From Thalassobaculum sp. (GTDB lineage: Bacteria > Pseudomonadota > Alphaproteobacteria > Thalassobaculales > Thalassobaculaceae): 64,000 bases of DNA. Below the pieces are notes generated by a model. It ran no database searches, was not told the origin of the DNA, and saw nothing but the letters and a program-made list of their open reading frames with translations. Made by a program: the position numbers and the translations under genes. Below are positions 28,180-38,874 of this stretch, one piece after another; the first letter of the stretch is position 1; each line of letters starts with the position of its first letter. The stretch is taken from contig NZ_OZ245012.1 in NCBI RefSeq assembly GCF_965223715.1, positions 97,369 to 161,368 on the forward strand, given 5' to 3'.

Positions 28180-29162
28180 CGCCGACCCAGACAGCGCAGG
28201 CCACGCTCGCCGTTGACCCGGTCGCCACCGGCCCGGCTTCCGAGCAAGCCCCCGCCAAGAAGACCGAGGTCATCGCGATCTACGGCAAGGGCGGGATCGG
28301 CAAGAGCTTCACGCTCGCCAACCTGTCCTACATGATGGCCCAGCAGGGCAAGCGGGTGCTGCTGATCGGCTGCGACCCGAAGAGCGACACCACCTCTTTG
28401 CTGTTCGGCGGGCGGAGCTGCCCGACCATCATCGAGACCTCCTCCAAGAAGAAGGCCGCCGGCGAGAATGTCGAGATCGGCGACGTCTGCTTCGTGCGGG
28501 ACGGCGTCTACGCCATGGAACTGGGCGGGCCCGAGGTCGGCCGCGGCTGCGGCGGGCGCGGCATCATCCACGGCTTCGAGCTGCTGGAGAAGCTGGGCTT
28601 CCACGACTGGGACTTCGACTACGTGCTGCTAGACTTCCTGGGCGACGTGGTCTGCGGCGGCTTCGGCCTGCCGATCGCCCGCGACATGTGCCAGAAGGTG
28701 ATCGTGGTCGGCTCCAACGACCTACAGTCGCTCTACGTGGCGAACAACGTCTGCTCGGCGGTCGACTACTTCCGCAACCTCGGCGGCAATGTCGGCGTCG
28801 CCGGCCTGATGATCAACAAGGATGACGGCACCGGCGAGGCCCAGGCCTTCGCCAAGGCGGTCGGCATCCCGGTCCTGGCCGAGATCCCGGCCCATGAAGA
28901 CATCCGCCGCAAGAGTGCCAATTACGAGATCATCGGTCGTCCCGGCACCGAATGGGCGTCCCTGTTCGAAGGCCTGGCCGAGCGTGCGGCGGAGGCACCG
29001 CCGGTGCGCCCGACCCCGCTCAGTCACGACGACCTGCTCGGCCTGTTCAAGGGCGAGGCGGTCGGCCGCGGCGTGACCCTCCAGCCGGCGACACTCGCCG
29101 ACATGTGCGGGGCGACCTACGCTCCGAAGCCCTCCCTCGAAGTCGTCTACGAAGGCGTGTGA
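28176..29162 (+). CDS. bchX: Chlorophyllide a reductase iron protein BchX
   Basis: Internal ATG 28176 (ATGA overlap with bchC). [20 protein letters not shown]-loop, GCDPKSDTT, NifH-like Cys ligands. Confidence 0.93.
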   Translation: MTPTQTAQATLAVDPVATGPASEQAPAKKTEVIAIYGKGGIGKSFTLANLSYMMAQQGKRVLLIGCDPKSDTTSLLFGGRSCPTIIETSSKKKAAGENVEIGDVCFVRDGVYAMELGGPEVGRGCGGRGIIHGFELLEKLGFHDWDFDYVLLDFLGDVVCGGFGLPIARDMCQKVIVVGSNDLQSLYVANNVCSAVDYFRNLGGNVGVAGLMINKDDGTGEAQAFAKAVGIPVLAEIPAHEDIRRKSANYEIIGRPGTEWASLFEGLAERAAEAPPVRPTPLSHDDLLGLFKGEAVGRGVTLQPATLADMCGATYAPKPSLEVVYEGV

Positions 29163-29169
29163 GGGCGTC

Positions 29170-30663
29170 ATGCAGGATATCGGCCCAGATCCCCGGAAAG
29201 CCGCGGAACCGACCGCCGCCAAGAAGAAGGCGGAGAAGGCCCTACTCGGCTGTCATGCCGGACCCGGCGTGATGGAGGAGGCGGCCCGCTCGGCCGGCAA
29301 GAGCGAGACCCTCGACCAGCTTGCCGCCGACTATCCCAAGGGGCCGCACGACCAGCCGCAATCCATGTGCCCGGCCTTCGGCTCCCTGCGGGTCGGCCTG
29401 CGCATGCGCCGCACGGCGACGATCCTGTCGGGCTCGGCCTGTTGCGTGTACGGCCTGACCTTCACCTCGCATTTTTACGGGGCCCGTCGCACGGTCGGCT
29501 ATGTGCCGTTCAACTCGGAGACCCTGGTCACCGGCCAGCTCTACGAGGATATCCGCGACGCCACCAAGGAGATGGCGGACCCGGAGAAGTACGACGCCGT
29601 GGTGGTCATCAACCTCTGTGTCCCCACCGCCTCCGGCGTGCCGCTCGATCGGCTGCCGCGCGAGATCAACGGCGTGCGGGTGATCGGCATCGACGTGCCG
29701 GGCTTCGGCGTGCCGACCCATGCGGAAGCCAAGGATGTGCTGGCCGGCGCCATGCTGCGCTACGCCAGGCTCGAGGCCGAGGCCGGGCCGGTGGCGCGCC
29801 CGCGCTCGCTGAAGGACGACCGCCCGACAGTCACGCTGATCGGCGAGCTGTTCCCGGCCGACCCGGTCGGCATCGGCGCCCTGCTCGATCCGATGGGCCT
29901 GTCGGTCGCCCCGCAGCTTCCCTCGCGCGAATGGCGCGACCTCTACGCCTGCCTGGACAGCCGTGTGGCGGCCGCCGTGCACCCGTTCTACACCGCCAGC
30001 GTGCGCGAGTTCGCGACCGCCGGCCGCCCCGTCGTCGGCTCCGGCCCTGTCGGGGTCGACGGCACTGCCGCCTGGCTGGAGAAGATCGGCGCCGCCGCCG
30101 GCGTGTCCGACAAGCAGATCGACGCCGCCAAGGCCGCCGCCCTGCCGGCGATCCGCGGCGCGCTGGCCGGCAATCCGGTCAAGGCGACCGTCACCGTCTC
30201 CGGTTACGAGGGCTCCGAGCTGCTGGTCGCCCGGCTGCTGATCGAGGCGGGCGCGCGGGTGCCCTATGTGGGCACGGCCTGCCCGAAGACCGAGTGGAGC
30301 AAGGACGACCGCGAGTGGCTCGAGGCCAAGGGCTGCCATGTGCAGTACCGCGCCTCGCTGGAGCAGGACATCGCGGCGATGCGGGACGTGAAGCCGGATC
30401 TGGCCTTGGGGACCACGCCACTGGTGCAGACTGCCAAGGAGCAAGGAACGCCGGCGGTCTACTTCACGAACATGGTCTCCGCCCGTCCCCTGTTCGGCCC
30501 TGCCGGTGCGGCCTCCATGGCCGCGATCGTGGCGGCGCAGACCGGGGGACGGGACCGCTTCGCCGACATGGTGGCGTTCTTCGAGGGCGTGGGCACCGGC
30601 GACAGCGCCGGATACACCGTGCCGCCCCGGGCGGCGGCCCTGTCCATGTCGGCGGGGGACTGA
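29170..30663 (+). CDS. bchY: Chlorophyllide a reductase subunit BchY
   Basis: 497 aa. PQSMCPAFGSLRVGLRM..SGSACCVYGLTF NifD-like motifs. Confidence 0.92.
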   Translation: MQDIGPDPRKAAEPTAAKKKAEKALLGCHAGPGVMEEAARSAGKSETLDQLAADYPKGPHDQPQSMCPAFGSLRVGLRMRRTATILSGSACCVYGLTFTSHFYGARRTVGYVPFNSETLVTGQLYEDIRDATKEMADPEKYDAVVVINLCVPTASGVPLDRLPREINGVRVIGIDVPGFGVPTHAEAKDVLAGAMLRYARLEAEAGPVARPRSLKDDRPTVTLIGELFPADPVGIGALLDPMGLSVAPQLPSREWRDLYACLDSRVAAAVHPFYTASVREFATAGRPVVGSGPVGVDGTAAWLEKIGAAAGVSDKQIDAAKAAALPAIRGALAGNPVKATVTVSGYEGSELLVARLLIEAGARVPYVGTACPKTEWSKDDREWLEAKGCHVQYRASLEQDIAAMRDVKPDLALGTTPLVQTAKEQGTPAVYFTNMVSARPLFGPAGAASMAAIVAAQTGGRDRFADMVAFFEGVGTGDSAGYTVPPRAAALSMSAGD

Positions 30664-30666
30664 GCC

Positions 30667-32130
30667 ATGCTGGTTCTCGATCACGACCGGGCGGGCGGCT
30701 ACTGGGGCGCGGTCTACGTCTTCACCGCCATCAAGGGGCTGCGCTGCGTCATCGACGGACCGGTCGGCTGCGAGAACCTGCCGGTCACCGCGGTCCTGCA
30801 CTACACCGACGGCCTGCCGCCGCACGAGCTTCCGGTCACCGTCACCGGCCTGTCCGAGGACGAGCTGTCGATGAACGGCACCGAGCAGGCGCTGCGCCGG
30901 GCCAGTTCGACCCAGGACGAGAGCATTCCCGCAGTCGTGGTCACCGGCAGCATTGCGGAGATGATCGGCGGCGGCGTGACGCCGGAAGGCTCCAACATCC
31001 GCCGCTTCCTGCCGCGCACCATCGACGAGGACCAGTGGCAGAGTGCGGACCGTGCCCTTTACTGGCTGTGGACCGAGTTCGGCGGCAAGAAGGTCCCGGC
31101 TAGGTCCGAGATGAAGAAGAAGGACGGTGCGAAGCCGCGCGTCAACATCATCGGCGCGATCTACGGCACCTTCAACATGCCCTCCGACCTGGCGGAGATC
31201 AGCCGGCTGGTGGAAGGCATCGGCTGCGAGATCAACATGGTCTTCCCGCTCGGCAGCCACCTGAAGGACGTCAAGAAGCTGCCCGACGCGGATGTGAACA
31301 TCTGCCTGTACCGGGAATTCGGCCGCACGCTCTGCGAGGAGATGGACCGGCCGTACCTGCAGGCGCCGATCGGCATGCACGCCACCACCAACTTCCTGCG
31401 CAAACTGGGCGAACTGACCGGCCTGGACCCGGAGCCCTTCATCGCCCGGGAGAAGCAGACGACCCTGAAGCCGATCTGGGACCTGTGGCGCAGCGTCACC
31501 CAGGACTTCTTCCCCACCGCCTCCTACGCGGTGGTGGCGACCGATACCTATACCCGCGGGCTCAACCGCTTCCTGACCGACGAGCTGGGCATCGCCTGCA
31601 GCTTCGCGATCCCGCGCAAGGCCGGGGCCAAGTCGGACAATGCCGCGGTCAAGGAGGCGATCGCCAAGACGCCGCCGCTGGTGCTGTTCGGCTCCTACAA
31701 CGAACGGCTCTACGCCGCCGAGCTCGGCTGCCGGGCGCAGTACATTCCGGCGTCCTTCCCGGGCGCGATCGTGCGGCGCTCCACCGGCACGCCGTTCATG
31801 GGCTACGCCGGGGCGACCTACGTGGTGCAGGAATACTGCAACGCCCTGTTCGACGCCCTGTTCAACATCCTGCCCCTGTCCGTCGACATGGACCGGGTCG
31901 AGGCGACGCCGGCCAGGGCGGCCGACGCGTCGACCCGTCCCTGGGACGCCGACGCGCAGGTCCTGCTCGACCGGCATGTGGATGCCGCCCCCTTCCTGGT
32001 CCGGATCTCCGCCGCCAAGCAGCTGCGCGACCGCGTTGAACGCGACGCCCAGGCCGCCGGCGAGGAACGGATCACGCTTCAGAGAGTCACTCAGGCGCTG
32101 TTCGCGATGAAAGGTGGACGGGCTGCCTGA
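30667..32130 (+). CDS. bchZ: Chlorophyllide a reductase subunit BchZ
   Basis: 487 aa. [31 protein letters not shown]-terminus. Confidence 0.92.
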   Translation: MLVLDHDRAGGYWGAVYVFTAIKGLRCVIDGPVGCENLPVTAVLHYTDGLPPHELPVTVTGLSEDELSMNGTEQALRRASSTQDESIPAVVVTGSIAEMIGGGVTPEGSNIRRFLPRTIDEDQWQSADRALYWLWTEFGGKKVPARSEMKKKDGAKPRVNIIGAIYGTFNMPSDLAEISRLVEGIGCEINMVFPLGSHLKDVKKLPDADVNICLYREFGRTLCEEMDRPYLQAPIGMHATTNFLRKLGELTGLDPEPFIAREKQTTLKPIWDLWRSVTQDFFPTASYAVVATDTYTRGLNRFLTDELGIACSFAIPRKAGAKSDNAAVKEAIAKTPPLVLFGSYNERLYAAELGCRAQYIPASFPGAIVRRSTGTPFMGYAGATYVVQEYCNALFDALFNILPLSVDMDRVEATPARAADASTRPWDADAQVLLDRHVDAAPFLVRISAAKQLRDRVERDAQAAGEERITLQRVTQALFAMKGGRAA

Positions 32131-32161
32131 TCAACGGACGACAAGACGGGAGGAATGAGAG

Positions 32162-32389
32162 ATGCACACGCACACACCTCCGCGGCGACATGGCCACGGC
32201 ACGGACCACCGGGACTACCGGCTGCTCTTCGTGCTCACCCTGCCGCTGTTCCTGTCGGCCGCCATCGTCGCGCGGGTCCTACCCGCCCGCTGGCGCCCCT
32301 GGCCTCCGTCCGACCAGTCCACCCGCTCCATCTTCGCCGAGGCGCGCGCCGCGGCGGGCGCGTATCTGCCCTACGCGATGATGGGTTAG
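32162..32389 (+). CDS. pufQ: PufQ-like small membrane protein
   Basis: 75 aa between bchZ and pufB. His/Arg-rich N-terminus, one TM helix (LLFVLTLPLFLSAAIVARVL). This frame has strongly G/C-ending codons. GGGAGGA lies 9 nt upstream. Assigned on synteny and architecture. Confidence 0.6.
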   Translation: MHTHTPPRRHGHGTDHRDYRLLFVLTLPLFLSAAIVARVLPARWRPWPPSDQSTRSIFAEARAAAGAYLPYAMMG

Positions 32390-32526
32390 CGGGTTTCCAG
32401 GTTCGTCCGGCTCAGGCCGGGCGGGCATCCGCAAGGACGGACGGGCTTCGGTCCGCCGTCGGCGCGGTCTCTGCCGTGCGGGAGAAGCGCGGTAACGCAT
32501 GAAGGAAGTATCCGAAGGGAAACATC

Positions 32527-32754
32527 ATGGTAGATCCCAATCGGGCCGACTCCCTTTCGGGTTTGACCGAAGGTGAAGCGCAGGAATTCCACCGCTTTTA
32601 CATGCAGGGGTTCTTGATCTTTACCGCGATCGCGGTGGTCGCCCACATCCTCGTCTGGATGTGGCGGCCCTGGATCCCGGGCCCAGACGGCTACGCGCAG
32701 TCGATGATCGACGGCGTCAAGGTCGCTGCGACCTCTTTGGTCAACCTGGTCTAG
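32527..32754 (+). CDS. pufB: Light-harvesting 1 beta polypeptide
   Basis: 75 aa. [13 protein letters not shown]...[21 protein letters not shown], then a further ~19-aa C-terminal tail. Confidence 0.92.
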   Translation: MVDPNRADSLSGLTEGEAQEFHRFYMQGFLIFTAIAVVAHILVWMWRPWIPGPDGYAQSMIDGVKVAATSLVNLV

Positions 32755-32767
32755 GGAGGGACGAGCA

Positions 32768-32899
32768 ATGTGGAGAATTTGGCTGATCATGGATCCGAGA
32801 CGGGCGCTCATCGGGCAGTTCGTCTTCCTAGGGATCCTGGCCTTCCTCATCCACTTCATCCTGTTGAGCACCGAGCGCTTCAACTGGCTGGGGGCCTGA
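32768..32899 (+). CDS. pufA: Light-harvesting 1 alpha polypeptide
   Basis: Not in the ORF track (43 aa). My translation is [53 protein letters not shown] upstream. Confidence 0.9.
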   Translation: MWRIWLIMDPRRALIGQFVFLGILAFLIHFILLSTERFNWLGA

Positions 32900-32973
32900 G
32901 GACGGTCTCTCCGGGACGACCATAACCGGGGGGTCGCGCGATGATCCTTCCGGCTGGCTTCCCGGCACCAAAA

Positions 32974-33014
32974 GGGGGAGCGGACGGTGTGCCCCAACAG
33001 CCCCGTCCGTCCCC
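32974..33014 (+). promoter_or_regulatory. GC-rich imperfect stem-loop in the 197-nt pufA-pufL spacer (candidate mRNA-stability/attenuation hairpin)
   Basis: gggggagcggacgg ... ccgtccgtcccc pairs with one bulge. Position matches the intercistronic puf hairpins known in other purple bacteria. Confidence 0.4.
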
Positions 33015-33096
33015 AAAACCGCAGGACGCCTTCGGCCGCTGACCGACCCTTTTCCCTGCGGATGGACAACAAGGCGGCCATGCGAGGAGCACGACA

Positions 33097-33921
33097 ATGG
33101 CTTTGCTCAGTTTCGAACGCAAATATCGGGTGCGCGGCGGAACGCTGATCGGTGGGGATCTGTTCGATTTCTGGTTCGGTCCGTTCTATGTCGGCTTCTT
33201 CGGCGTCCTGACGATCTTCTTCTCGGTGCTCGGCACCGCCCTGATCTTCTGGGGGGCGGCCCTGGGCCCGACCTGGAATCCCTGGCTGATCAACATCGCC
33301 CCGCCGGACATCAGCTACGGCCTGGCCCTGGCGCCGCTGGCCGAGGGCGGGCTCTGGCAGATCATCACCATGTGCGCCATCGGGGCCTTCGTGTCCTGGG
33401 CCCTGCGCGAGGTCGAGATCTGCCGCAAGCTGGGCATCGGCTACCACGTGCCTATCGCCTTCGGCGTGGCGATCTTCGCCTATGTGACGCTGGTGGTGAT
33501 CCGGCCGTTCCTGTTGGGCGCCTGGGGACACGGCTTCCCCTACGGCATCTTCAGTCACCTCGATTGGGTGTCGAACGTCGGATACCAGTTCCTGCACTTC
33601 CACTACAACCCGGCGCACATGCTGGCGGTGACCTTCTTCTTCACCACCTGTCTGCTGCTGTCGCTGCACGGGGCCGTGGTGCTGTCATCGGTCAACCCGC
33701 AACCCGGCGAGACCATCAAGACTCCGGAGCATGAGGACACCTATGTCCGCGACACGATCGGCTACTCGGTCGGAACGCTGGGCATCCACCGGCTCGGCCT
33801 GTTCGTGGCCCTGAACGCCGGCTTCTGGAGTGCCGTCTGTATCGTGATCAGCGGGCCGTTCTGGACCCGCGGCTGGCCCGAATGGTGGAACTGGTGGCTC
33901 GACCTGCCGGTCTGGGGCTAG
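33097..33921 (+). CDS. pufL: Reaction centre L subunit
   Basis: 274 aa. [36 protein letters not shown]. Confidence 0.96.
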   Translation: MALLSFERKYRVRGGTLIGGDLFDFWFGPFYVGFFGVLTIFFSVLGTALIFWGAALGPTWNPWLINIAPPDISYGLALAPLAEGGLWQIITMCAIGAFVSWALREVEICRKLGIGYHVPIAFGVAIFAYVTLVVIRPFLLGAWGHGFPYGIFSHLDWVSNVGYQFLHFHYNPAHMLAVTFFFTTCLLLSLHGAVVLSSVNPQPGETIKTPEHEDTYVRDTIGYSVGTLGIHRLGLFVALNAGFWSAVCIVISGPFWTRGWPEWWNWWLDLPVWG

Positions 33922-33939
33922 CCGGGTGAGGAGAGAGAC

Positions 33940-34899
33940 ATGGCTCACTATCAGAATATCTTCACACGCGTCCGGGTTGAGGGTCATCCGCACTACGGTG
34001 TCCCGCTGCCCGCCGGCGACGAGCCGAGGATCGGCACGCCGACCACCGTCCAAGCGTTAGGCTGGATCGGCAACGCTCAGATCGGGCCGATCTATCTCGG
34101 CACCCTGGGCCTCGCGTCCCTGGCCTTCGGCCTGACCGCCTTCGTGACCATCGGGCTCAACATGTGGGCCTCGGTGGACTGGAATCCGATCGAGTTCGTG
34201 CGGCAGCTTCCCTGGCTCGCCCTGGAACCGCCGGCGCCTGAATACGGGCTCTCGATCCCGCCGATGAACGAGGGCGGCTGGTGGCTGTTCACCGGCTTCA
34301 TGCTGACCACCTCGATCATGCTGTGGTGGATGCGCATGTACTCACGGGCCAGGGCGCTCGGCATGGGCACCCACGTGGCCTGGGCCTTCGCCGCGGCGAT
34401 CTGGCTCTACCTGGTGCTCGGCTTCATCCGGCCGCTGCTGATGGGGAGTTGGTCGGAGGCGGTACCCTTCGGGATCTTCCCGCACCTCGACTGGACGGCG
34501 GCCTTCTCGATCCGCTACGGCAACCTGTTCTACAACCCGTTCCACGCCCTCTCGATCGTGTTCCTCTATGGCTCGGCCCTGCTGTTCGCCATGCACGGCG
34601 CGACGATCCTGGCGGTCGGCAAGTACGGCGGCGAGCGGGAGATCGAGCAGATTGTCGACCGCGGCACCGCCTCCGAACGGGCCGCCCTGTTCTGGCGCTG
34701 GACCATGGGCTTCAACGCTTCCATGGAATCCATCCACCGCTGGGCCTGGTGGTTCGCCGTGCTGTGCCCGCTGACCGGCGGCATCGGCATCCTGCTGACC
34801 GGAACGGTGGTCGATAACTGGTACCTGTGGGCGGTGAAGCACGACTTCGCGCCGGCCTATCCGGAAATGTGGGCGCCCACCCCGGATCCGACCCAGTAA
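33940..34899 (+). CDS. pufM: Reaction centre M subunit
   Basis: 319 aa. [12 protein letters not shown]..., [21 protein letters not shown]. Confidence 0.96.
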   Translation: MAHYQNIFTRVRVEGHPHYGVPLPAGDEPRIGTPTTVQALGWIGNAQIGPIYLGTLGLASLAFGLTAFVTIGLNMWASVDWNPIEFVRQLPWLALEPPAPEYGLSIPPMNEGGWWLFTGFMLTTSIMLWWMRMYSRARALGMGTHVAWAFAAAIWLYLVLGFIRPLLMGSWSEAVPFGIFPHLDWTAAFSIRYGNLFYNPFHALSIVFLYGSALLFAMHGATILAVGKYGGEREIEQIVDRGTASERAALFWRWTMGFNASMESIHRWAWWFAVLCPLTGGIGILLTGTVVDNWYLWAVKHDFAPAYPEMWAPTPDPTQ

Positions 34900-34913
34900 G
34901 GAGGGCCTGTGTC

Positions 34914-35957
34914 ATGAAAAACTTCGGCGTCTTAGCGGCCGTCCTTCCGTTCCTCGGACTTCTGGTGATCGCCTTCTTCTTCACCGTGGGCTGGGAGCGT
35001 CCGCCGATCGGCTACGAGCAGACCGGCTATCGCGGCACCGGCATGCAGGAACCCAACAACCCCCGGGAGCAGGCCATGCTGGCCGCGCTGAACGCGATCC
35101 CGGAGGAGATCTATCCGCTCGACAGCCCGGCCGACCTGGCCCAGGCGGACAAGGCGGGTGACGTCTACGAGAACGTCCAGGTCCTGGGCGACCTGCCGGA
35201 GCCGCAGTTCATCCGCCTGATGACGGCGATCACCGAGTGGGTATCACCGGAGCAGGGCTGCAACTACTGCCACAATCCGGACAACCTGGCCGACGACTCC
35301 GTCTATACCAAGGTGGTCGCCCGCCGGATGATCCAGATGACCCGCGACGTGAACGCCAACTGGCAGGACCACGTCAAGGAGACCGGCGTGACCTGCTACA
35401 CCTGTCACCGGGGCAATCCGGTGCCGGAGAACGTCTGGTTCGACGCGGAGCCGCAGCGCTATGGCAGCAAGGGCATGCTCGGCTGGAACCACGACCAGAA
35501 CCGGCCGTCGGCGCAGAACGGCTATACCTCCCTGCCGGCGACGTCCCTGTCCAGCTATCTGGCGGCGGAAGGCAACATCCGGGTTCAGGCCACGGCCGCC
35601 CTGCCGACCGATGCCGGCGGTGCCTCGATCAAGCAAACCGAGGAGACCTACGGGCTGATGATGCACATGGCCGACAGCCTCGGGGTCGGCTGCACCTACT
35701 GCCACAACACCCAGGCGATGGGGAGCTGGGAGCTGAGCCCGCCGGCCCGGACCACGGCCTGGCACGGCATCCGGATGGTCCAGGGCCTCAACGCCGACTA
35801 CCTGACGCCGCTGCAGGGGACCTTCCCCGAGAACCGACTGGGGCCGACCGGCGACGTCGCCAAGGCGAACTGCGCCACCTGCCACCAGGGTGTCTTCAAG
35901 CCGCTCTACGGCGTGACGATGCTCGACAAGTACCCGTCACTCGCCCCTATGAAGTGA
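34914..35957 (+). CDS. pufC: Reaction-centre-bound tetraheme cytochrome c
   Basis: Start at ATG 34914 (MKNFGVLAAVLPFLGLLVIAFFF). Four CxxCH sites (CNYCH, CYTCH, CTYCH, CATCH). Confidence 0.92.
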   Translation: MKNFGVLAAVLPFLGLLVIAFFFTVGWERPPIGYEQTGYRGTGMQEPNNPREQAMLAALNAIPEEIYPLDSPADLAQADKAGDVYENVQVLGDLPEPQFIRLMTAITEWVSPEQGCNYCHNPDNLADDSVYTKVVARRMIQMTRDVNANWQDHVKETGVTCYTCHRGNPVPENVWFDAEPQRYGSKGMLGWNHDQNRPSAQNGYTSLPATSLSSYLAAEGNIRVQATAALPTDAGGASIKQTEETYGLMMHMADSLGVGCTYCHNTQAMGSWELSPPARTTAWHGIRMVQGLNADYLTPLQGTFPENRLGPTGDVAKANCATCHQGVFKPLYGVTMLDKYPSLAPMK

Positions 35958-36012
35958 CGGCGTCCGGGAAGAGCGCCCCTCCCAAGCCGGCGCCCTTCTC
36001 ATCCCTCTCCTT

Positions 36013-36052
36013 GGGCCGGATCCAGCGTTCAGCTGACCGGCCCAATTTTTTT
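36013..36052 (+). terminator. Rho-independent terminator of the puf operon
   Basis: gggccgg..cagc-gttca-gctg..ccggccc stem followed by AATTTTTTT. Confidence 0.65.
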
Positions 36053-36071
36053 GCTGCTCCCTTTCCTCCCT

Positions 36072-36179
36072 CTCCCCGGATTTATTCCGGGGCCTACCGT
36101 TCGGCGGCACGGATGCCGGTGATCTCTCGATGAAGACTCCACCTCAGACAGGCGTAGGCCCCGGAATAAATCCGGGGAG
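36072..36179. repeat. 26-bp perfect inverted repeat separated by 56 nt (MITE-like or extragenic palindromic element)
   Basis: ctccccggatttattccggggcctac (36072-36097) and its exact reverse complement gtaggccccggaataaatccggggag (36154-36179). Each arm is itself a small hairpin (ccccgga-tttat-tccgggg). Confidence 0.85.
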
Positions 36180-36228
36180 TGCGAAAGTGGGATGAAGGGA
36201 TAGGGAAGGGACGAGCCGAGCCGGTCGG

Positions 36229-36762
36229 TCACACCATCAGGTCGGGCCGCCGGTCGGCGTAGATCCGGAACCAGGGCGCGAAGCGGGACGCGTCGCTGCC
36301 CAGCTCGCCGCGCAGTGCGTCCACGCCGATCCAGCGGGTCTCGGCGACCTCGTCCGGATCCGGGTCCAGGGCCAGGGTGTCCGGAGCCGCGCCATGAAAC
36401 AGGTGGACATGCTCGTGCTCCACGAGCCCACCCCCCACATCGGCGCGGTAGGACAGCTCGCCCATGGGGGTCAGTCCAATCCCGGTGATGCCGAGCTCCT
36501 CGGCCAGGCGGCGCCGGGCGGCGTCGGCCGCCGTCTCGCGCCAGTGCGGGTGGCTGCAGCAGGTATTCGCCCACAGCCCGCCGCAATGATACTTCGAGAA
36601 GGCGCGCCGCTGGATCAGCAGGCGCCCGCGCCAGGTCACGAAGACCGACACCGCCAGGTGCAGGACGCCCTGGCGGTGGGCCGCCATCTTGCCGATGGGG
36701 TAGAGGGAACCGTCGGCGGCGACAGCCGGGATCTGGGGATCCTGTGCCACAGCCGGGTCCAT
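36229..36762 (-). CDS. idi: Isopentenyl-diphosphate delta-isomerase, type 1 (Nudix)
   Basis: Start at ATG 36762 within track ORF 36229-37197. LHLAVSVFV..LLIQRRAFSKYHCGGLWANTCCSHP and EHEHVHLF motifs. Confidence 0.85.
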   Translation of the reverse strand: MDPAVAQDPQIPAVAADGSLYPIGKMAAHRQGVLHLAVSVFVTWRGRLLIQRRAFSKYHCGGLWANTCCSHPHWRETAADAARRRLAEELGITGIGLTPMGELSYRADVGGGLVEHEHVHLFHGAAPDTLALDPDPDEVAETRWIGVDALRGELGSDASRFAPWFRIYADRRPDLMV

Positions 36763-36767
36763 GCCGG

Positions 36768-37994
36768 TCAGGCCACCATCCGGCTGCGGCCGCAGCGCGA
36801 CCAGACCTTGCCCAGCGACTTCAGCAGATGGGCGATGTCGGCGTCCGAGTGGATCGGCGACGGGGTGATGCGCAGCCGCTCGGTGCCGCGGGGCACGGTC
36901 GGGTAGTTGATCGGCTGCACGTAGATCCCGAAATCCTCCAGCAGGATGTCGCTGATCTGCTTGCAGTGAACCGGATCGCCGACCATGACCGGCACGATAT
37001 GGCTCGGGTTGGCGAGATGGGGGATGCCGGCGGCATCGAGACCAGCGCGCACCTTGGCCACCCGGTCGAGCTGGCGTTCCCGCTCGATCTGGCTGGTCTT
37101 CAGGTGCCGGATGCTGGTGGCGGCACCGGCGGCGACCGCCGGCGGCAGGGCGGTGGTGAAGATGAAGCCCGAGGCGAAGCTGCGCACGAAATCGCACAGG
37201 GCGTCCGAGGCGGCGATGTAGCCGCCCATCACGCCGAAGGCCTTGCCGAGGGTGCCCTCGATGACGGTCAGCCTGTGGGCCACGCCCTCACGTTCCGAGA
37301 TGCCGCCGCCGCGTGGCCCGTACAGGCCGACGGCATGCACCTCGTCCAGATAGGTCATGGCGTTATGGGCTTCGGCCACGTCGCAGAGTTCGGCGATCGG
37401 GGCGATGTCGCCGTCCATCGAATAGACGCTCTCGAAGGCCACCAGCTTCGGCCGGTCGGCCGGCAGGGCCGCCAGCTTGCGGTTCAGGTCCTCGGGATCG
37501 TTATGGGCGAACAGCATCTTCTCCGCCCGGCTGTGGCGGATGCCCTCGATCATGGAGGCGTGGTTCAGCTCGTCCGACAGCACCACGCAGTCCGGAATCC
37601 GGGCCGCCAGCGTACTCAGCGCGGCCCAGTTGGACACGTAGCCCGAGGTGAAGAGCAGGGCCGCCTCCTTGCCGTGCAGATCTGCCAGCTCGCGCTCCAG
37701 CAGCACGTGGTGGTGGTTGGTACCGGAGATGTTGCGGGTGCCGCCGGCGCCGGCACCGCACTGGTCCAGGGCGGCGTGCATGGCGTCGAGCACCGGCTGG
37801 AACTGGCCCATGCCGAGATAGTCGTTGGAGCACCAGACCGTCACGTCGCTCGGGTCGGAGCCGTCGTCGCGGTGGCGCCGGGCCCGGGGAAAGGCGCCGC
37901 GGTGGCGCTCGATATCGGTGAACACCCGGTACCGGCCCTCGTCCCGCAAGGCCTCGAGCTGGCCTTGGAAGAAGGATTCGTAGTTCATGGTCAC
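36768..37994 (-). CDS. hemA: 5-aminolevulinate synthase
   Basis: 408 aa. [31 protein letters not shown], the [11 protein letters not shown]-lysine context. Confidence 0.94.
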   Translation of the reverse strand: MTMNYESFFQGQLEALRDEGRYRVFTDIERHRGAFPRARRHRDDGSDPSDVTVWCSNDYLGMGQFQPVLDAMHAALDQCGAGAGGTRNISGTNHHHVLLERELADLHGKEAALLFTSGYVSNWAALSTLAARIPDCVVLSDELNHASMIEGIRHSRAEKMLFAHNDPEDLNRKLAALPADRPKLVAFESVYSMDGDIAPIAELCDVAEAHNAMTYLDEVHAVGLYGPRGGGISEREGVAHRLTVIEGTLGKAFGVMGGYIAASDALCDFVRSFASGFIFTTALPPAVAAGAATSIRHLKTSQIERERQLDRVAKVRAGLDAAGIPHLANPSHIVPVMVGDPVHCKQISDILLEDFGIYVQPINYPTVPRGTERLRITPSPIHSDADIAHLLKSLGKVWSRCGRSRMVA

Positions 37995-38019
37995 CTCCTC
38001 TGAAGTCGCGGTGCCGGGC

Positions 38020-38865
38020 TCATCCAGAGCCGGCCGCCGGGGTCGGGCGTGGTTCGAAACGGGTCGTATCGGTATCGATCGGTGCGGCTGGCACCGGCGC
38101 GGTCCGGCCGGCGGCCCAGCGCCACAGGGCGGCGTCGCGGATCGGCAGCACCATGAACCAGTGTTCGATCGCGGCGAGCAGCAGCAGGCCGGCGATGCAG
38201 ATCTGTCCGGCCACGGCGATCGGCGCGGTGCCGGGATGCCAGGCCGCGGCCAGGGTCAGGGCGGCGGCCACGGTGATCGCGGTCACCGACAGCGGGAACA
38301 GCGGGTTGATGGCGCGCACAGCGAAATAGCTGCGCAGATGCAGCAGGTGGTCGGGCATGAGCTCGTCGGCGAAATGCGGAACGCCGAGGAAGAGGTTCAG
38401 CTTGGCGCTCAGCCGGCTGAAGAACAGCGCGAAGAAGGTCCAGGCCGCCACCTGGTTCTCCGCCCCCCAGGTCAGCATGAACAGCAGGCCCGCCGTCGCC
38501 GCCAGGGCGATCTCGTGATAGGCAATGGCGGCGGTGGCCTGGCGGAATCGCTCCGCCCCCGATGCCCCGGGCCGCAGGGCCGTCTTGCGCGGCCCTGTCA
38601 CCAGCCCGAGCAGGAAGACCAGCTCGTGCCAGCCCCAGGCCGCCAGGGCGGCGGCGAAGGCGTGGTAGCCGGCCGCCGCACTGGTGTCGCCGGCCGTGCC
38701 GACGATGGCGATCAGGGCGATCGCCAGCAGCAGGGTCGCCCCGGTCAGGACCGCCGGCCGATGTTGGCGCGGCAGCCGGACCAGCCACAGGATCAGCCCG
38801 GTGCTGAACCACCAGAGCCCCAGCGCGAAGAGCAGGGGCAGGCCGTATGTGGCGAGATCCGGCAC
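38020..38865 (-). CDS. puhE: Photosynthetic complex assembly protein PuhE (DUF3623)
   Basis: 281 aa polytopic membrane protein. Position between acsF and hemA. Confidence 0.8.
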   Translation of the reverse strand: MPDLATYGLPLLFALGLWWFSTGLILWLVRLPRQHRPAVLTGATLLLAIALIAIVGTAGDTSAAAGYHAFAAALAAWGWHELVFLLGLVTGPRKTALRPGASGAERFRQATAAIAYHEIALAATAGLLFMLTWGAENQVAAWTFFALFFSRLSAKLNLFLGVPHFADELMPDHLLHLRSYFAVRAINPLFPLSVTAITVAAALTLAAAWHPGTAPIAVAGQICIAGLLLLAAIEHWFMVLPIRDAALWRWAAGRTAPVPAAPIDTDTTRFEPRPTPAAGSG

Positions 38866-38874
38866 CGTCTGCGC

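Noticed and set aside
29242-31977. 911-aa minus-strand ORF spanning bchY and bchZ. Comparable cases are the 15982-17814 ORF over bchI/bchD, 37987-39981 over puhE/acsF, 48882-50642 over bchB, 56166-57665 and 59212-60732.
   Set aside because: Same antisense-frame artefact. No motifs, and the sense strand carries well-supported PGC genes.
32155-32502. Alternative frames (32155-32502 and 32190-32381) overlapping the pufQ candidate.
   Set aside because: Their third-codon positions are not G/C-biased and the products are Ala/Arg/Pro-rich. The 32162 frame has coding bias, an SD and a TM helix.
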